A DNA stretch of 64,000 bases from the NCBI GenBank assembly GCA_965197905.1, contig CBDAOB010000004.1:704001-768000 (forward strand), written 5' to 3'. Below, in pieces: positions 33,561-44,157 of this stretch. A program made the translations under genes and the position numbers. The DNA is from Candidatus Latescibacterota bacterium (GTDB lineage Bacteria; Latescibacterota; UBA2968; UBA8231). The notes under the pieces were generated by a model. It was not told where the DNA came from, ran no database searches, and worked only from the letters and a program-made list of their open reading frames with translations. Numbering within the stretch: the first letter of the stretch is position 1; each line of letters starts with the position of its first letter.

Positions 33561-33987
33561 GTTCCTCCCTTTCCGGGTTTGAAGCCTCATCGCGTTTCTC
33601 CGCAGCGGCGCGGTTGCGCGCGAACATGCCGCCTGCGGGTCGGGACCGCGCCTTGCGTTCCTGAGCGGCTTCGGATTCGCTAGTTGGTTCGGACGTGGAT
33701 GCCGTAGCCGTTGTCGGTTGTGCCTGTGGCGGTGCCGCTGTTGCCGGATCGGGCACTTCGATCGTTGCGATCACTGCCCCCACCTCCACCTCATCGTTAG
33801 CCTGGAAGTGAACCGCGGACAGGGTACCGTTGGCAAACGATTCCACCTCCATAGCCGCCTTGTCGGTTTCGATCTCGAGGAGCGGCTGACCGCGTTTGAT
33901 CGGCTGGCCCACCTCTACCAGCCACCTCAGGATCGTTACCACCGACGCCGACGTGGCCAGGTCGGGCATTTTCATCTTTATCTGCAT
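33553..33987 (-). CDS. Stand-alone lipoyl-domain protein
   Basis: EIETDKA lipoylation motif followed only by an Ala/Pro/Thr linker and a short tail. Confidence 0.88.
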   Translation of the reverse strand: MQIKMKMPDLATSASVVTILRWLVEVGQPIKRGQPLLEIETDKAAMEVESFANGTLSAVHFQANDEVEVGAVIATIEVPDPATAAPPQAQPTTATASTSEPTSESEAAQERKARSRPAGGMFARNRAAAEKRDEASNPEREEHE

Positions 33988-34012
33988 GGACCTCTCACAT
34001 CCGAATTACACA

Positions 34013-34966
34013 TCATGTCCATTCCTCTACATCCCGCGGATTGTCCGCTAGGAACGTCCGCGCTTCATCGACGGTAAACAAACCACGGGTGGTTCCCAGA
34101 GAGCGGGTGGCGGAAGCGCCGTAGGCGCTGGCCCAGCATAAGGTGTCCGCCATGTCTTTGCCATTGACGACGCCGGCAATGAGACCGCTGGTGAAGGCAT
34201 CCCCGGAACCGGACGGGTCCACCAGGTGTACCGAATACGCCGGCGCGCGCCAGAAGATGCCGTTGCAAGTGGCAACCGAGCCGTTCTCCCCCAAGGTGAC
34301 CACCACCGCATTGGCACCGCAATCAGCGAAAGCGCGCAGCTGTGCCAGCGGCTCGGGTTCCCCGGTGATAGCCGCCGCCTCGTCGTCGTTCGGAAGAAAA
34401 TAGTCGATTTCGGGAAGAATCGATTTGACCGCCTCGGCACCGTGAGAATCTTGCGGCACCACTACATCTACGACGGTCAGGACCCCCTGTTGACGGCAAA
34501 AACCCAGGAGCTCGCGCAGTTCGTCGAGGTCGACGGCCGGCAGGATCAGCAGTCCGCCCAGGTAGAAGACCTTCAGTCCCCTCACCCACTCTCGATCTAT
34601 GTGTTCGATGGCGAACGCTTTGTTCGCTCCGAAGGTGTGTATGTAACGTCGATCCTGGCCGGCGACGACCAGGATCACGGTCTTGCTCGTGGGGTATATA
34701 TCGGTTACGGTAACGTGGCTGCAACCGACACCGTCGCTCTCCAAAGAGCCCAGTAGAGACGTGGCCGATGAGTCGGCGCCCACACATCCTGCCAGGTCGA
34801 CGCTGATCCCCTGCTTGGCCAGGCCAATGGCGACATTCGCCGCACACCCGCCGGCACCCGGTTCAATGGCGTCGATCGCCAGCAACTGCCCTTCCCGCGG
34901 CAGATCGTCCATCGGTCCGCAGAAGATGTCCGACACCAAAACGCCAGCGCAGCCCACCTCAGCCAT
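34013..34966 (-). CDS. PfkB family carbohydrate kinase
   Basis: GGCAANVA, PN..EA and DPSGSGDAF. Confidence 0.9.
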   Translation of the reverse strand: MAEVGCAGVLVSDIFCGPMDDLPREGQLLAIDAIEPGAGGCAANVAIGLAKQGISVDLAGCVGADSSATSLLGSLESDGVGCSHVTVTDIYPTSKTVILVVAGQDRRYIHTFGANKAFAIEHIDREWVRGLKVFYLGGLLILPAVDLDELRELLGFCRQQGVLTVVDVVVPQDSHGAEAVKSILPEIDYFLPNDDEAAAITGEPEPLAQLRAFADCGANAVVVTLGENGSVATCNGIFWRAPAYSVHLVDPSGSGDAFTSGLIAGVVNGKDMADTLCWASAYGASATRSLGTTRGLFTVDEARTFLADNPRDVEEWT

Positions 34967-35861
34967 GGTGGCGCGCCTTGCCGCAACAGCCGAGGAAATC
35001 AATCCGTTCGAGAACCGCATCGCGCACCGCCCGTCTGCCAGCGACCATCACATCTTCGTCAGCCCCGTACCCCAGGAGAAGGTGGGGGTTTTCCTGGTCG
35101 GAGCCGAGCGCGGCCCGCACCGCCTTGAGATACCTTTGTTTCACGTAGGTGCCGTAACAAACCTTGGCGACGCCCAACGCAATGCCCTCCTTCAAATCGT
35201 CCAACGTGATGCCCGTACCGCCGTGGAGATCCAGCGGAATCTTCACCTTTTCGCGGATGGCAGCAAGGCGTTCCAGGTCCAGACCCTGCGACCCGTCCAG
35301 CAAAACGTGGATGTTGCCAACACTGATGGAGAGTATGTCCACCCCGGTTTCCAGTACGAAATCCGCCGCTTGTTGGGGATTCGTAGCGGACGATCCGAGG
35401 GTGTCGATGCTGCCCTCCGCGCCCGACGGCAGTTGGCCAGTCTCGGCTTCGAGGGCAACCCCATGTGAATGTGCGAATGCTGCCAACTCCTTTACTCTGG
35501 CGACGTACTCGCTGCGCGGTACGACCGGGTCGTCCAACATCACCTGGCCGAAGCCGAGCTCTATCGCATCTCGTATCCACTCGTCCTGGGCGCATTCGTT
35601 GAAGACCAGCGAACAGGGCACCGACGCCGATTCGGCGGCCGCTGTTCCCAGGGCGGCGTACCAGGAAAGACGTTCTCGAGCTTGCCGACCGGCATGGCTC
35701 AGAAACTCCCCGTTGAAACCGACCATGATCGGCGAATCGGTTGCTTCGGCGGCATCGATCACTCCTTGGAGAGATTCCAGATTCCAGCTTTCGAAATATC
35801 CGACGGCATACCCTCTGGATAAGGCATCACCGAGCAGTTCGTTTACGGAAATCAGCGGCAA
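34959..35861 (-). CDS. Class II fructose/tagatose-bisphosphate aldolase family protein
   Basis: GYAVGYF, EAETG, SVGNIH and LHGGTG. Start uncertain (TTG). Confidence 0.82.
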   Translation of the reverse strand: MPLISVNELLGDALSRGYAVGYFESWNLESLQGVIDAAEATDSPIMVGFNGEFLSHAGRQARERLSWYAALGTAAAESASVPCSLVFNECAQDEWIRDAIELGFGQVMLDDPVVPRSEYVARVKELAAFAHSHGVALEAETGQLPSGAEGSIDTLGSSATNPQQAADFVLETGVDILSISVGNIHVLLDGSQGLDLERLAAIREKVKIPLDLHGGTGITLDDLKEGIALGVAKVCYGTYVKQRYLKAVRAALGSDQENPHLLLGYGADEDVMVAGRRAVRDAVLERIDFLGCCGKARHHG

Positions 35862-36053
35862 GGACGATCGGCTCCAGGTCTGTTCACGTGAGCGGGATAG
35901 GATGTGGCAACGACAGGCCCCTGTCAAAAAAGGCCGCATACGATAGGCTTGGGCGCGACGTAAGCAGTTCCTAAAACATTATATTATGAACGTTGATCTA
36001 CCAAGAGTCGGATTATAGATTATCGCAGTTCACTCGAAATCTACCCGAAAGAA

Positions 36054-38680
36054 ATGCCGACCAACGAAGACGGCTACCTAGCCCGCTTGCAAAGCGCGAG
36101 CCGGATCTCCGCCCACACCTGGAGACAGTGGTGCAGTCAATTGCAGCTGGACGTGGTGGAGGCGATAGATGTGTGGGATGAAATCTGCCTGCCGCTGATG
36201 ATGCTGAGCCGCAAGGCTCCGGATGTTCCGTTTGTCTTGCAGGCATGGATGGCGCGGCCCGACTTGGATCTGATCACCTTCCGTGAGGAACTTCCGGCGG
36301 CGCTGCATATTCTCGCCTTCGTTGCTTCGCTTCAGGACGAGAGCCTGTCAGGAGCCGGGTTCAAGAGCGGGATCCTCAAGATATTTCGACGCGGTGCCAC
36401 CTCTCCGGGAGAGGTCCCTCCTCCGCTGGAAATCAGACGCCGACAGTTCGTCGTGGAACTTACCTCGGTCATTCTCATCACCAAGGTGATCAAAGGCGAG
36501 AACATATCCCTGCCAGGCGTTATCAAGGTGCTGGCGGAGGGCCGAGGCACGCTGGACGACCTGGTGAGAATGGCGAAGAATGCGGCCGGAACGGGTCGCG
36601 TTGCCGACGCCGTAATGGCCTGTCTCGAATGCCGTGTTGCAGCGCTGAACGAAGCGGTAGCAGAGGCGGAGGCAGACGATGACGAGGATGAGGACGACGA
36701 ATTAGATGAAGACGCGGCGGATGGAACCGAAGGGAATGATGCCGACGGCAAGGCTGAAGAGGACTCTGAAGAGGAAACGGAAGAGTCCGGAGATGGGGAA
36801 TTCGAGGATGAAGATGACGAAGAATTGAAAGATGAGGACGACCTGGACGAGGACGAGGCCTTCGAAGCTCCGCGTCCGGCGAACGCCACCGAAAATTTTC
36901 TCTACCACGCCAAAGCGGCGTTCAAATTGATCTACGCGGCGGAGGCAAACAAGGACAAGGAAATTCCCCGTGAATTGCTGGTGAAACGGCTGGATTCAGT
37001 AGACAAATTCGAACCCCTCAGGGCCTACGTTCCGACTCACGAAGAGGCGCAAGCCATGATGCGCAAGGGGCAGATCGAACAGAGCGGCGGCCGCGAGAAG
37101 ACCTTGATGAAAGCGCGTGCCGGAGGTGGAGGCGGCGCCCGATCTAGCGGAGGCGGCAAAGGTGCGGGTGCGGGTGCGGGAGGTTCCGGCTCTGGTGGCG
37201 GCGGTGCTGCTGCGGGCGGAATCGCGGCGACCACAAGCGCAGGCGTCTCCATGGGCACCGGCGGAGGAAGCGCCAAGAAACCTACGGTAATCAAGGGTGG
37301 CGCCGCGACCGGGAAGGCGGCCGCGGTCACGGCATCGGGTTTCAGCGGCTACGCGGGAGAGGAGGACGATGAGGACGTGGAAGAGGGCTTGGATCTCGTG
37401 GAGGTGTCGGAGGCAGGCCTGGAGGAAGCCGTGCGTCAGATAGGGGCCCTGCTCGAAAACGTGACGGCGGCCGATCCCGATGTGTGGACCCTGTTTCTCC
37501 ATCCCGATGCCGAGCTCGATGATGTGTGTTCGTTAAGCAAGCGCTTGTCGCAGGAAGGTACCGGGGCTCAACAAGCTGCCGCCGCGATTGAGACCATTGG
37601 TCGCATGCAGAACATAAAGGTGCTGCTTGCCCTGCCCGAAGACAAACGGATCAAAGCCCGCGACCTAGCCATCGACGTGGATGTGTTCGTCAAGAACACC
37701 TGTAAGACCCGGCGTACCCTGGAACCCAACAGCCGCGGGTTGATGCCCGTGCCCCCCATTCTCGATCATGCCGGCAGCCTATCCCTTCGCTTGCGTGCGT
37801 TGCAACTTGCCTACGAGCAATCCAACAGTGCCGAAGTCCCGTCTAGAGAGATGATTGCCGACGACTGCGAAAGGGTTCTTGCAGCGGTAACCTACAAACT
37901 GGATCAGGCCGTGCTGCAAACGGTTCGCACCCGCATGGATGAGGAGATTGCCGAGCTGTTGGAGCAACTGGCAGCCGGCAATTTCGCCGACAAACTGGTA
38001 GAAGCGGCGCCGAATCGTTGCAAGCGGAAGGACATTGCGAATCGCTCGAGAAGCTGGAGATAGCACTCGCGGAGGGACCTCTCACGTTCGAGGATGTCGA
38101 GGGCGATGCCTCCAGGCCGGCAGACGTACCTGAGGATCTGGTGCGGCCGAGCGGTTTGGGCGAGATCTTCGACTCGGTGCGCCGATATGTGTTCGAGCGT
38201 CTGCGCTTTATCCTGCAACCGATCCACGAACCGGAGGCGACGTTCCGCCGCGTCGACGCCGGATTGAAGAAGGTACTGGCGGCCGTGGCAGTCCTGGAGC
38301 CGCGCAAGGAACGCCACCACCGAAATCCACGTGTGGCCTTGTCTGTGGTGAGCCTGGAGAAGGTCACCGGCAACAACGCCCTTGCTTCCCTGTTTGTCCG
38401 GCTCGGCGTTGACGGCCGACTCCTCTACCTGGAGGACTTCGAGGACGGAACCCACATAGACGTCTTCGAGCTGCGGGAAAATACCACAGCCCAGGTCCAC
38501 GCTCGGGCGCGCGATCGGGCGCGCAGCGACCGGAAGGCAGAACTGCAGGTCGGTGTCAGTTATCTCTACTCGCTCGGTCGGACCAATGAGCTTTTTTGCA
38601 GCTCACGCGAAGACGTTTTGGAAAGCTGCATCAAGAATGATGAAGGTGAAACCAAGATCTTTCCGATGTTTTCCAGTTGA
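36054..38680 (+). pseudogene. Large hypothetical protein with acidic and Gly-rich low-complexity tracts, probably split by a frameshift near 38010 (ORFs 36054..38063 and 38018..38680)
   Basis: The two ORFs overlap in different frames, and the text reads naturally across the join (..ADKLVEA / AESLQAEGHCESLEKLE..). Confidence 0.55.
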
Positions 38681-38709
38681 AGTGAGCGAAGCGGGGAGCT
38701 CGCTAGCCG

Positions 38710-40560
38710 ATGACTGACACGTCAAGCGTCGAGGTTTTGGAAGCGGAATCCAAGCTCGCATTCAACGTTCTCCTGATAGACGACCAGCCGCTGGTTGGGG
38801 AGCAGGTGCGCCGCCTGCTTGCTCCCGAGGCCGACATCGGGTTTCACTATTGCCGCAATCCGATCCGCGCCATTGCGGCTGCCCTGGAGAGCGATCCGTC
38901 GGTAATCCTGCTCGACCTGACCATGCCGAACATGGACGGATTGACCTTGCTGAAGACGTTTCAGGCTGATGAGCAGCTGCACGACATCCCGGTGATCGTG
39001 CTCTCCTCCAAGGAGGAGGTGAAAACCAAGGCGGACGCCTTCGGGTTGGGAGCCAGTGACTACCTGGTGAAGCTGCCGGACGCGACCGAGCTAGTCGCCA
39101 GGATTCGCCGCCACTCTCTCGGCTACATTCACCTGCGGGCGTAGCGTCGCACCGAGCAGGCACTGCGTCGGGCGGAAGCGGAATCGCGAGAGGCAGCCGG
39201 CGAAGCGCAACGCGCCAACCGGGCCAAAAGCGTTTTCCTCGCCAACATGAGCCATGGCCTGCGCACTCCCCTGAACGCCATTCTGGGACATTCGCGACTC
39301 CTGCTCGAAAACGAAGCGGAGCTCTCCACATCCCAACTGCAAGCGCTGAGGCACGTAGAGGATGGTGGACGTGAGTTCCTCAAGCTGATCGACAACATCC
39401 TGAGCGTTACTCGCATCGAGTCGGGACAGCAGTTTCTCGAGCCGACTGAATTCGATGTCGGCGATCTGCTGCGCCAGCTGGAGTCCACCTTCAACGTGCG
39501 CTGCGAGCACAAGGGTCTGTCGTGGCTCGCGGAAATTGCCCTCGATGAAACCAGAGTGCAAGGTGATGGCCGCAAGCTGCAACAGGCTCTGGTGCATCTG
39601 CTCGACAACGCCGTGAAGTTCACCGAAGCCGGAGAAGTACGGTTACGAGTCACCAGTCGCGACGACCTCTACAGCTTCGAGGTCAGTGACACCGGGCCCG
39701 GGATTCCGGCGGCGCGGCGGGCGGCCGTTTTCGAGCTTTTCAACCAAGGCGAAGAAGGTTTGGAGAAAGGGGGCTCGGGTCTGGGCCTCACGATCGCCCG
39801 CAGCCACGTGGCGTTGATGGGGGGGACCTTCACTCTCGAAGACGGTGAGAACGGGGGCGTGGTGGCTTCCTTTGCCGTACCCTTGCCGAAGACTCTGACT
39901 GGGAGCCAAAGCCCCGGATCGCAAACGCGGGCGCGCCCCAAGGGGTTGGCTCCCGGGTCGGCCTTGCGCGCCCGCTTGGTGGGGAGAAGCGATAACCTGG
40001 AAATCATGACGCAGATTCTCGAGAGGATCGGAAGCGAGGTGGCGCATGTCGAGGAGCTGGGCGAGAAAGAGATGACCGGAAGCTCCGACGACTGGGATGT
40101 TATTATCATCGACATTGACACCTACAACCTCGATGCGACCAGAGCCTTGGGCAAAAGCTACACATCGCGACCGAAGCTGGTTGGATTGTCAGGGTCTTCT
40201 CTTTTGGGCCGTCGCTACCTCGATGCCGGTTTCGATAGGTGCATCGAAGTCTCCTTGCGACCGGGCCGCGTCTATGCGGAACTGGCCGAACTGCTGGGCA
40301 TCGAGTACGGATACGATGCTGTGGAAACCCGGGCGCCGGCATCGACGGACGAATTCAATCTGAAACTACCCGCCGAGTTGCGCGACAAGCTGAGCAAAGC
40401 CGCTGCAACCCACAGCATCACCGAACTAAAGAGACATATCGGCGAGCTCGAATCTCTGGGCCCTGAAGAACAGCGACTGGCCGATCATCTTTCCACTCTC
40501 GGACGCGGCTTCGACATGGCGGCCATCGCCGCCGTGCTGCGTGAGATCAACACTCAATGA
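38710..40560 (+). pseudogene. WspR-like receiver plus hybrid histidine kinase interrupted by an in-frame TAG at 39142-39144
   Basis: REC ORF 38710..39144 and kinase ORF 39247..40560 share one frame, and the coiled-coil ..ANRAKSVFLANMSH is continuous after the TAG. Confidence 0.8.
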
Positions 40561-40588
40561 GTCACCTTCACAACGGACCGAACCTACG

Positions 40589-41623
40589 ATGCGAATGATT
40601 GACCTCGATTTGAAGGATAGCAAGATCCTCGTCGTCGACGACGTACCGGCCAATCTGGACGTTTTGGTGGAGGCGCTGGACCGGGAAGGGTACAACGTTC
40701 TGGTTGCCTCCAATGGTACGACCGCCTTGGAGGTAGCGGCGTACGCCCGCCCTGACCTGATTCTTCTCGACGTCATGATGCCGGGCATCGATGGATTCGA
40801 AACCTGCCGGCGACTTCAGGCGGACCACAACCTGGAAGATACTCCCGTGATATTCCTGACCGCCAGAGACGACATCGAAGGGATCGTGGAGGGGTTCGAA
40901 GCCGGTGGCCTCGACTATATCACCAAGCCGTTCAAGAAAGAAGAGGTCTTGGTACGGGTGCGGACGCATCTCGAGCGCACCCTGCTGGCGCGCAACCTGG
41001 CCGAGCTCAACGCCCATCTGGAGCAGAAAGTGGCCGAGCGCACGCGGGAGGTGCAGCTGCGGCTCAAAGAGCTTGAAGGCAAGGATCGTATCGCCCAACA
41101 CCTGTTGACCTTCAATACCCTCGAAGAAACCCTGGCCGTGGTTCTGGAAGTCATAACCAACATTCTAAAGCTGGATAGTGCGGCCGTTTTCCTGCGCGAA
41201 AACGGAGAGCTGCAAGCTACAGCCGCCATCGGCGTGACCGATCCCGGTGCCATCATTGGCCGTTCCGAATTGACGAAATTGTCGTTTGAGCCCAACGCCG
41301 CAGCAGCCCAGTCCATCGAACAGAAATCGGCGACGATGGTGAAGGATGCCGATCTGCCAACCGCGCTCGTTCCCATTCTCCGCGATGAGGATGTGCTTGG
41401 ACTGATTCAGGTGGAGAACCACCAGAGTAAGCGAGACATCACCGATGCCGACTTGAAAACCCTCACCAGCTTTGCGTTGCAGTCAGCCGTCGCCATCACC
41501 GATGCCCAGGTGCGCCAGGATCCGGAAGCGTGGCGCGATCAGCTGGACGAGATTCTCGAGATCGAAGAGGAGCTAGAGGATTCGGAAGGTTTGGATGGGC
41601 TGAGCGCCGCAGAGGAAGATTAA
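40589..41623 (+). CDS. Response regulator: REC, coiled coil, GAF-like domain
   Basis: ILVVDD, LLDVMMP and KPF; VPI....VLGLIQVEN...D...L..FA.Q.AVAI GAF pattern. Confidence 0.85.
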   Translation: MRMIDLDLKDSKILVVDDVPANLDVLVEALDREGYNVLVASNGTTALEVAAYARPDLILLDVMMPGIDGFETCRRLQADHNLEDTPVIFLTARDDIEGIVEGFEAGGLDYITKPFKKEEVLVRVRTHLERTLLARNLAELNAHLEQKVAERTREVQLRLKELEGKDRIAQHLLTFNTLEETLAVVLEVITNILKLDSAAVFLRENGELQATAAIGVTDPGAIIGRSELTKLSFEPNAAAAQSIEQKSATMVKDADLPTALVPILRDEDVLGLIQVENHQSKRDITDADLKTLTSFALQSAVAITDAQVRQDPEAWRDQLDEILEIEEELEDSEGLDGLSAAEED

Positions 41624-41643
41624 GGGACGCGGGACGTCGGCAA

Positions 41644-44085
41644 GTGAGAATTCATCTCCACATCGACAAGCTCCATGTCGGCATGTTCGTCGAGGCGGAC
41701 GTCGACACCGCCACCGTCGATGGACAAACCCGCCATTACCTCGTATTGCGGGATGCCACCTTCAAGTCGGAATCGGGGAAGAAGCTGCGCTTGACCAAGC
41801 GCAAGCAGGCGCAGATCACCCACGCCGACGGCATGCTGATCACCTCCAGCAAGCAAATAAAGGTATTGCGCGACATCGACGTGCTCGAAGCGGTCGTGAA
41901 CACGGATAAGAGCGATGTCGTGCCCGACCTGCCGGAAGTGAGGAACGAACACGAAAAGGCCGGCAAAACGCCCACTTTCGTAGACGTGGAGGGTGCCGCC
42001 AAATCGGCAGACCAAGCTCCCATCGAGGCTGGCACTACGATTCGTCGCCGGAACTTCGGTCCGAAGAGCACCGGTTGGATGAAGGTGGAAATATCGGAAG
42101 AACGGGACAAGGCAACATTGCAGGTGTTGAGCTTTGGTGGCGACCCGCTCCTCGGCGCCTCTCACGTTTTTTCCGCCCTGCAGGAGCTCTACGGCATTAC
42201 CAACGGGCTCGACAACGATCTGGTCGAACGCCTGGCCACCCAAGCTACGGCGTCACCAAGCAGAGTGATCCGGGGCGAATTCCACGTTGCCGTCGCACCG
42301 TTTCCGGAAGGCGACGATTCCGGTCATATCGAATATACCTGCTTCGACGGGAAATCGATCCCGGGAGAACGTTCGGGAGGCGATCTCCCCGAACTGTTTC
42401 AGGGCGAATCGTTGCATCGACTATTGGATTCGAAGATCAATGTCCATCTCGCGACAGCGGGAGAGGAACTCGCGAGATTCGTACCGCCCGAAGGATACCA
42501 ACCTCCGGTGGACATTTTTGGCCAACCGCTGCGCAACACCGGTCCCGGAGCTCTGCTCAAACCCGGACCCAACGTTCGACTGCGCCAGCATGCGTATCTG
42601 TCCGAAACCATGGGGTATGTCTCCCTAAGAGATCGCGAATTGGCGGTGGTAATTCCTATCTGGATATCCTCCGATCGCATGGAAGCGCACTTCGTTTATT
42701 TCGATCACACGGAGTCCGGAGAGACCTTGACCGCGGAGAATATAGGAGGCGCGCTCAAAACCTTGCAGATCAAACATGGTGTCAGAGATTCGGCCGTGGA
42801 CGAGCTCATTGCGTCGCCCCCGTCTGGAGAGGATGCGGCATCTGTACTGCTCGCCGAGGGCTCGCAGGTGAAACCGTCTTCGCCCCCTCGGTTGGAGACG
42901 ATTTTCGATTCTGACTGGCGCAAGGGTCCGCCGGCGCGAACGGCAACAAAAGCGCTGGACGCACCGACGGGGGTCGCTATGGTGGAGGCGGACCAGCTGT
43001 TGGCGGAAGTGCGTCCGAGCCGTGATGGGGAGCCAGGGACCGATCTCCTGGGGAAGCTTATACCTCCCTCGGCGGAAGGACACGAAGTCTTGAGCGCCGG
43101 TGTCAATGTGCGGTGTGAGTGGAGCGACGACGTCGGCCGGTTCTACTCTGCCATCGAGGGTTTTGCCAAGCTGCACAAGAACAGCATTCGAGTGAAACCG
43201 GTCGCCCACATTGCAGGAAACGTGGATGAAAATATCGTGTTCGCCGATGCCGAGAAGGATGTCTATGTCACCGGCTCGGTGAGGCCTGGAGTTGTAGTGA
43301 GAGCGGCTGGCAGCATCGCAATCGACGGCATGGTGGAATCGGGTGCCCAGGTTCACTCGAACGAAGACGTGACGGTTACGAAGGGTGTTGTAGGTCGCCA
43401 GTCACAGGTGGTTGCAATGGGCGATGTAGCCACCAAGTTCGTGCAGAATGGTTCCATCGTCGCGCGCGGGGATGTCAACGTTACAAGTCACGTCGTCAAC
43501 GCCCGGATACGAGCGGGCGGCAAGTTCACGGCCGAGTCGGACGGCACCGAGCGGGGTGGTAGCGTAGTAGGAGGACAGGTATTTGCAGCCAGTGGCGTAG
43601 AGGTGGCGAGCGTGGAATCGACGCGATCGGACGTCACCCGTCTCGGCATCGCTGAAGACCCTAAGATCACGGCCCAGATAAAGAAGGTGCAACAGGCGTT
43701 GGATTTTTGTACGACGAATATTCAAAGGATTTTTCGCACTCTCGGGACTAGCGAAATAGATGTGGTCGAGCTGAAGAAATCGATCGAAAATTCACCGCCG
43801 CACAAGCGCGAACCCTTGATGCTGCTGCTCAATCAACTCAAGGGGCTCGCTCAGACGAGAGAGAAATCACTCAAGATGAAAAGCGATCTGGAAGCCCAGC
43901 AGAGTCGGATGCTCGAGGGATCTGAGATCAGAGTCGCGGGTAGGATCCACCCCGGGGTGGAAATCAGCTTTGGCAATGAATCGGTTACTACCAAGGACGA
44001 GCTGAAATGCGCCGTGTTCTCCCACGAAGCGTCAGGCATCGCCTGTCGACAGGAGGATCCGCGTTCTCGGGCAGGTAGTGCATAG
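41644..44085 (+). CDS. FapA (DUF342) family protein with DUF3391-like N-terminus
   Basis: IDKLHVGMFV, repeated G.D..G motifs, beta-helix (GSIAIDG.VE, A.GDV, GGSVVGG), coiled coil and IHPGVEI. Confidence 0.78.
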   Translation: MRIHLHIDKLHVGMFVEADVDTATVDGQTRHYLVLRDATFKSESGKKLRLTKRKQAQITHADGMLITSSKQIKVLRDIDVLEAVVNTDKSDVVPDLPEVRNEHEKAGKTPTFVDVEGAAKSADQAPIEAGTTIRRRNFGPKSTGWMKVEISEERDKATLQVLSFGGDPLLGASHVFSALQELYGITNGLDNDLVERLATQATASPSRVIRGEFHVAVAPFPEGDDSGHIEYTCFDGKSIPGERSGGDLPELFQGESLHRLLDSKINVHLATAGEELARFVPPEGYQPPVDIFGQPLRNTGPGALLKPGPNVRLRQHAYLSETMGYVSLRDRELAVVIPIWISSDRMEAHFVYFDHTESGETLTAENIGGALKTLQIKHGVRDSAVDELIASPPSGEDAASVLLAEGSQVKPSSPPRLETIFDSDWRKGPPARTATKALDAPTGVAMVEADQLLAEVRPSRDGEPGTDLLGKLIPPSAEGHEVLSAGVNVRCEWSDDVGRFYSAIEGFAKLHKNSIRVKPVAHIAGNVDENIVFADAEKDVYVTGSVRPGVVVRAAGSIAIDGMVESGAQVHSNEDVTVTKGVVGRQSQVVAMGDVATKFVQNGSIVARGDVNVTSHVVNARIRAGGKFTAESDGTERGGSVVGGQVFAASGVEVASVESTRSDVTRLGIAEDPKITAQIKKVQQALDFCTTNIQRIFRTLGTSEIDVVELKKSIENSPPHKREPLMLLLNQLKGLAQTREKSLKMKSDLEAQQSRMLEGSEIRVAGRIHPGVEISFGNESVTTKDELKCAVFSHEASGIACRQEDPRSRAGSA

Positions 44086-44157
44086 AAACGCAGAGACTCC
44101 GGTGAAAAGGCGACCCGAGTCCAGGTCCGGACGCTTCTCCCGTAAACTGACGCAACG

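Noticed and set aside
35950..35966. GG-N10-GC spacing upstream of the 36054 gene
   Set aside because: The flanking bases match the sigma-54 consensus poorly.
36660..37400. Repeat array or CRISPR in the GAC/GAG and GGC-rich stretch
   Set aside because: It is codon-level low complexity within an ORF, with no fixed repeat-spacer periodicity.
39142..39144. Pyrrolysine or genome-wide TAG recoding
   Set aside because: TAG terminates well-conserved genes here (e.g. acpP), and no pyl genes are in the window.
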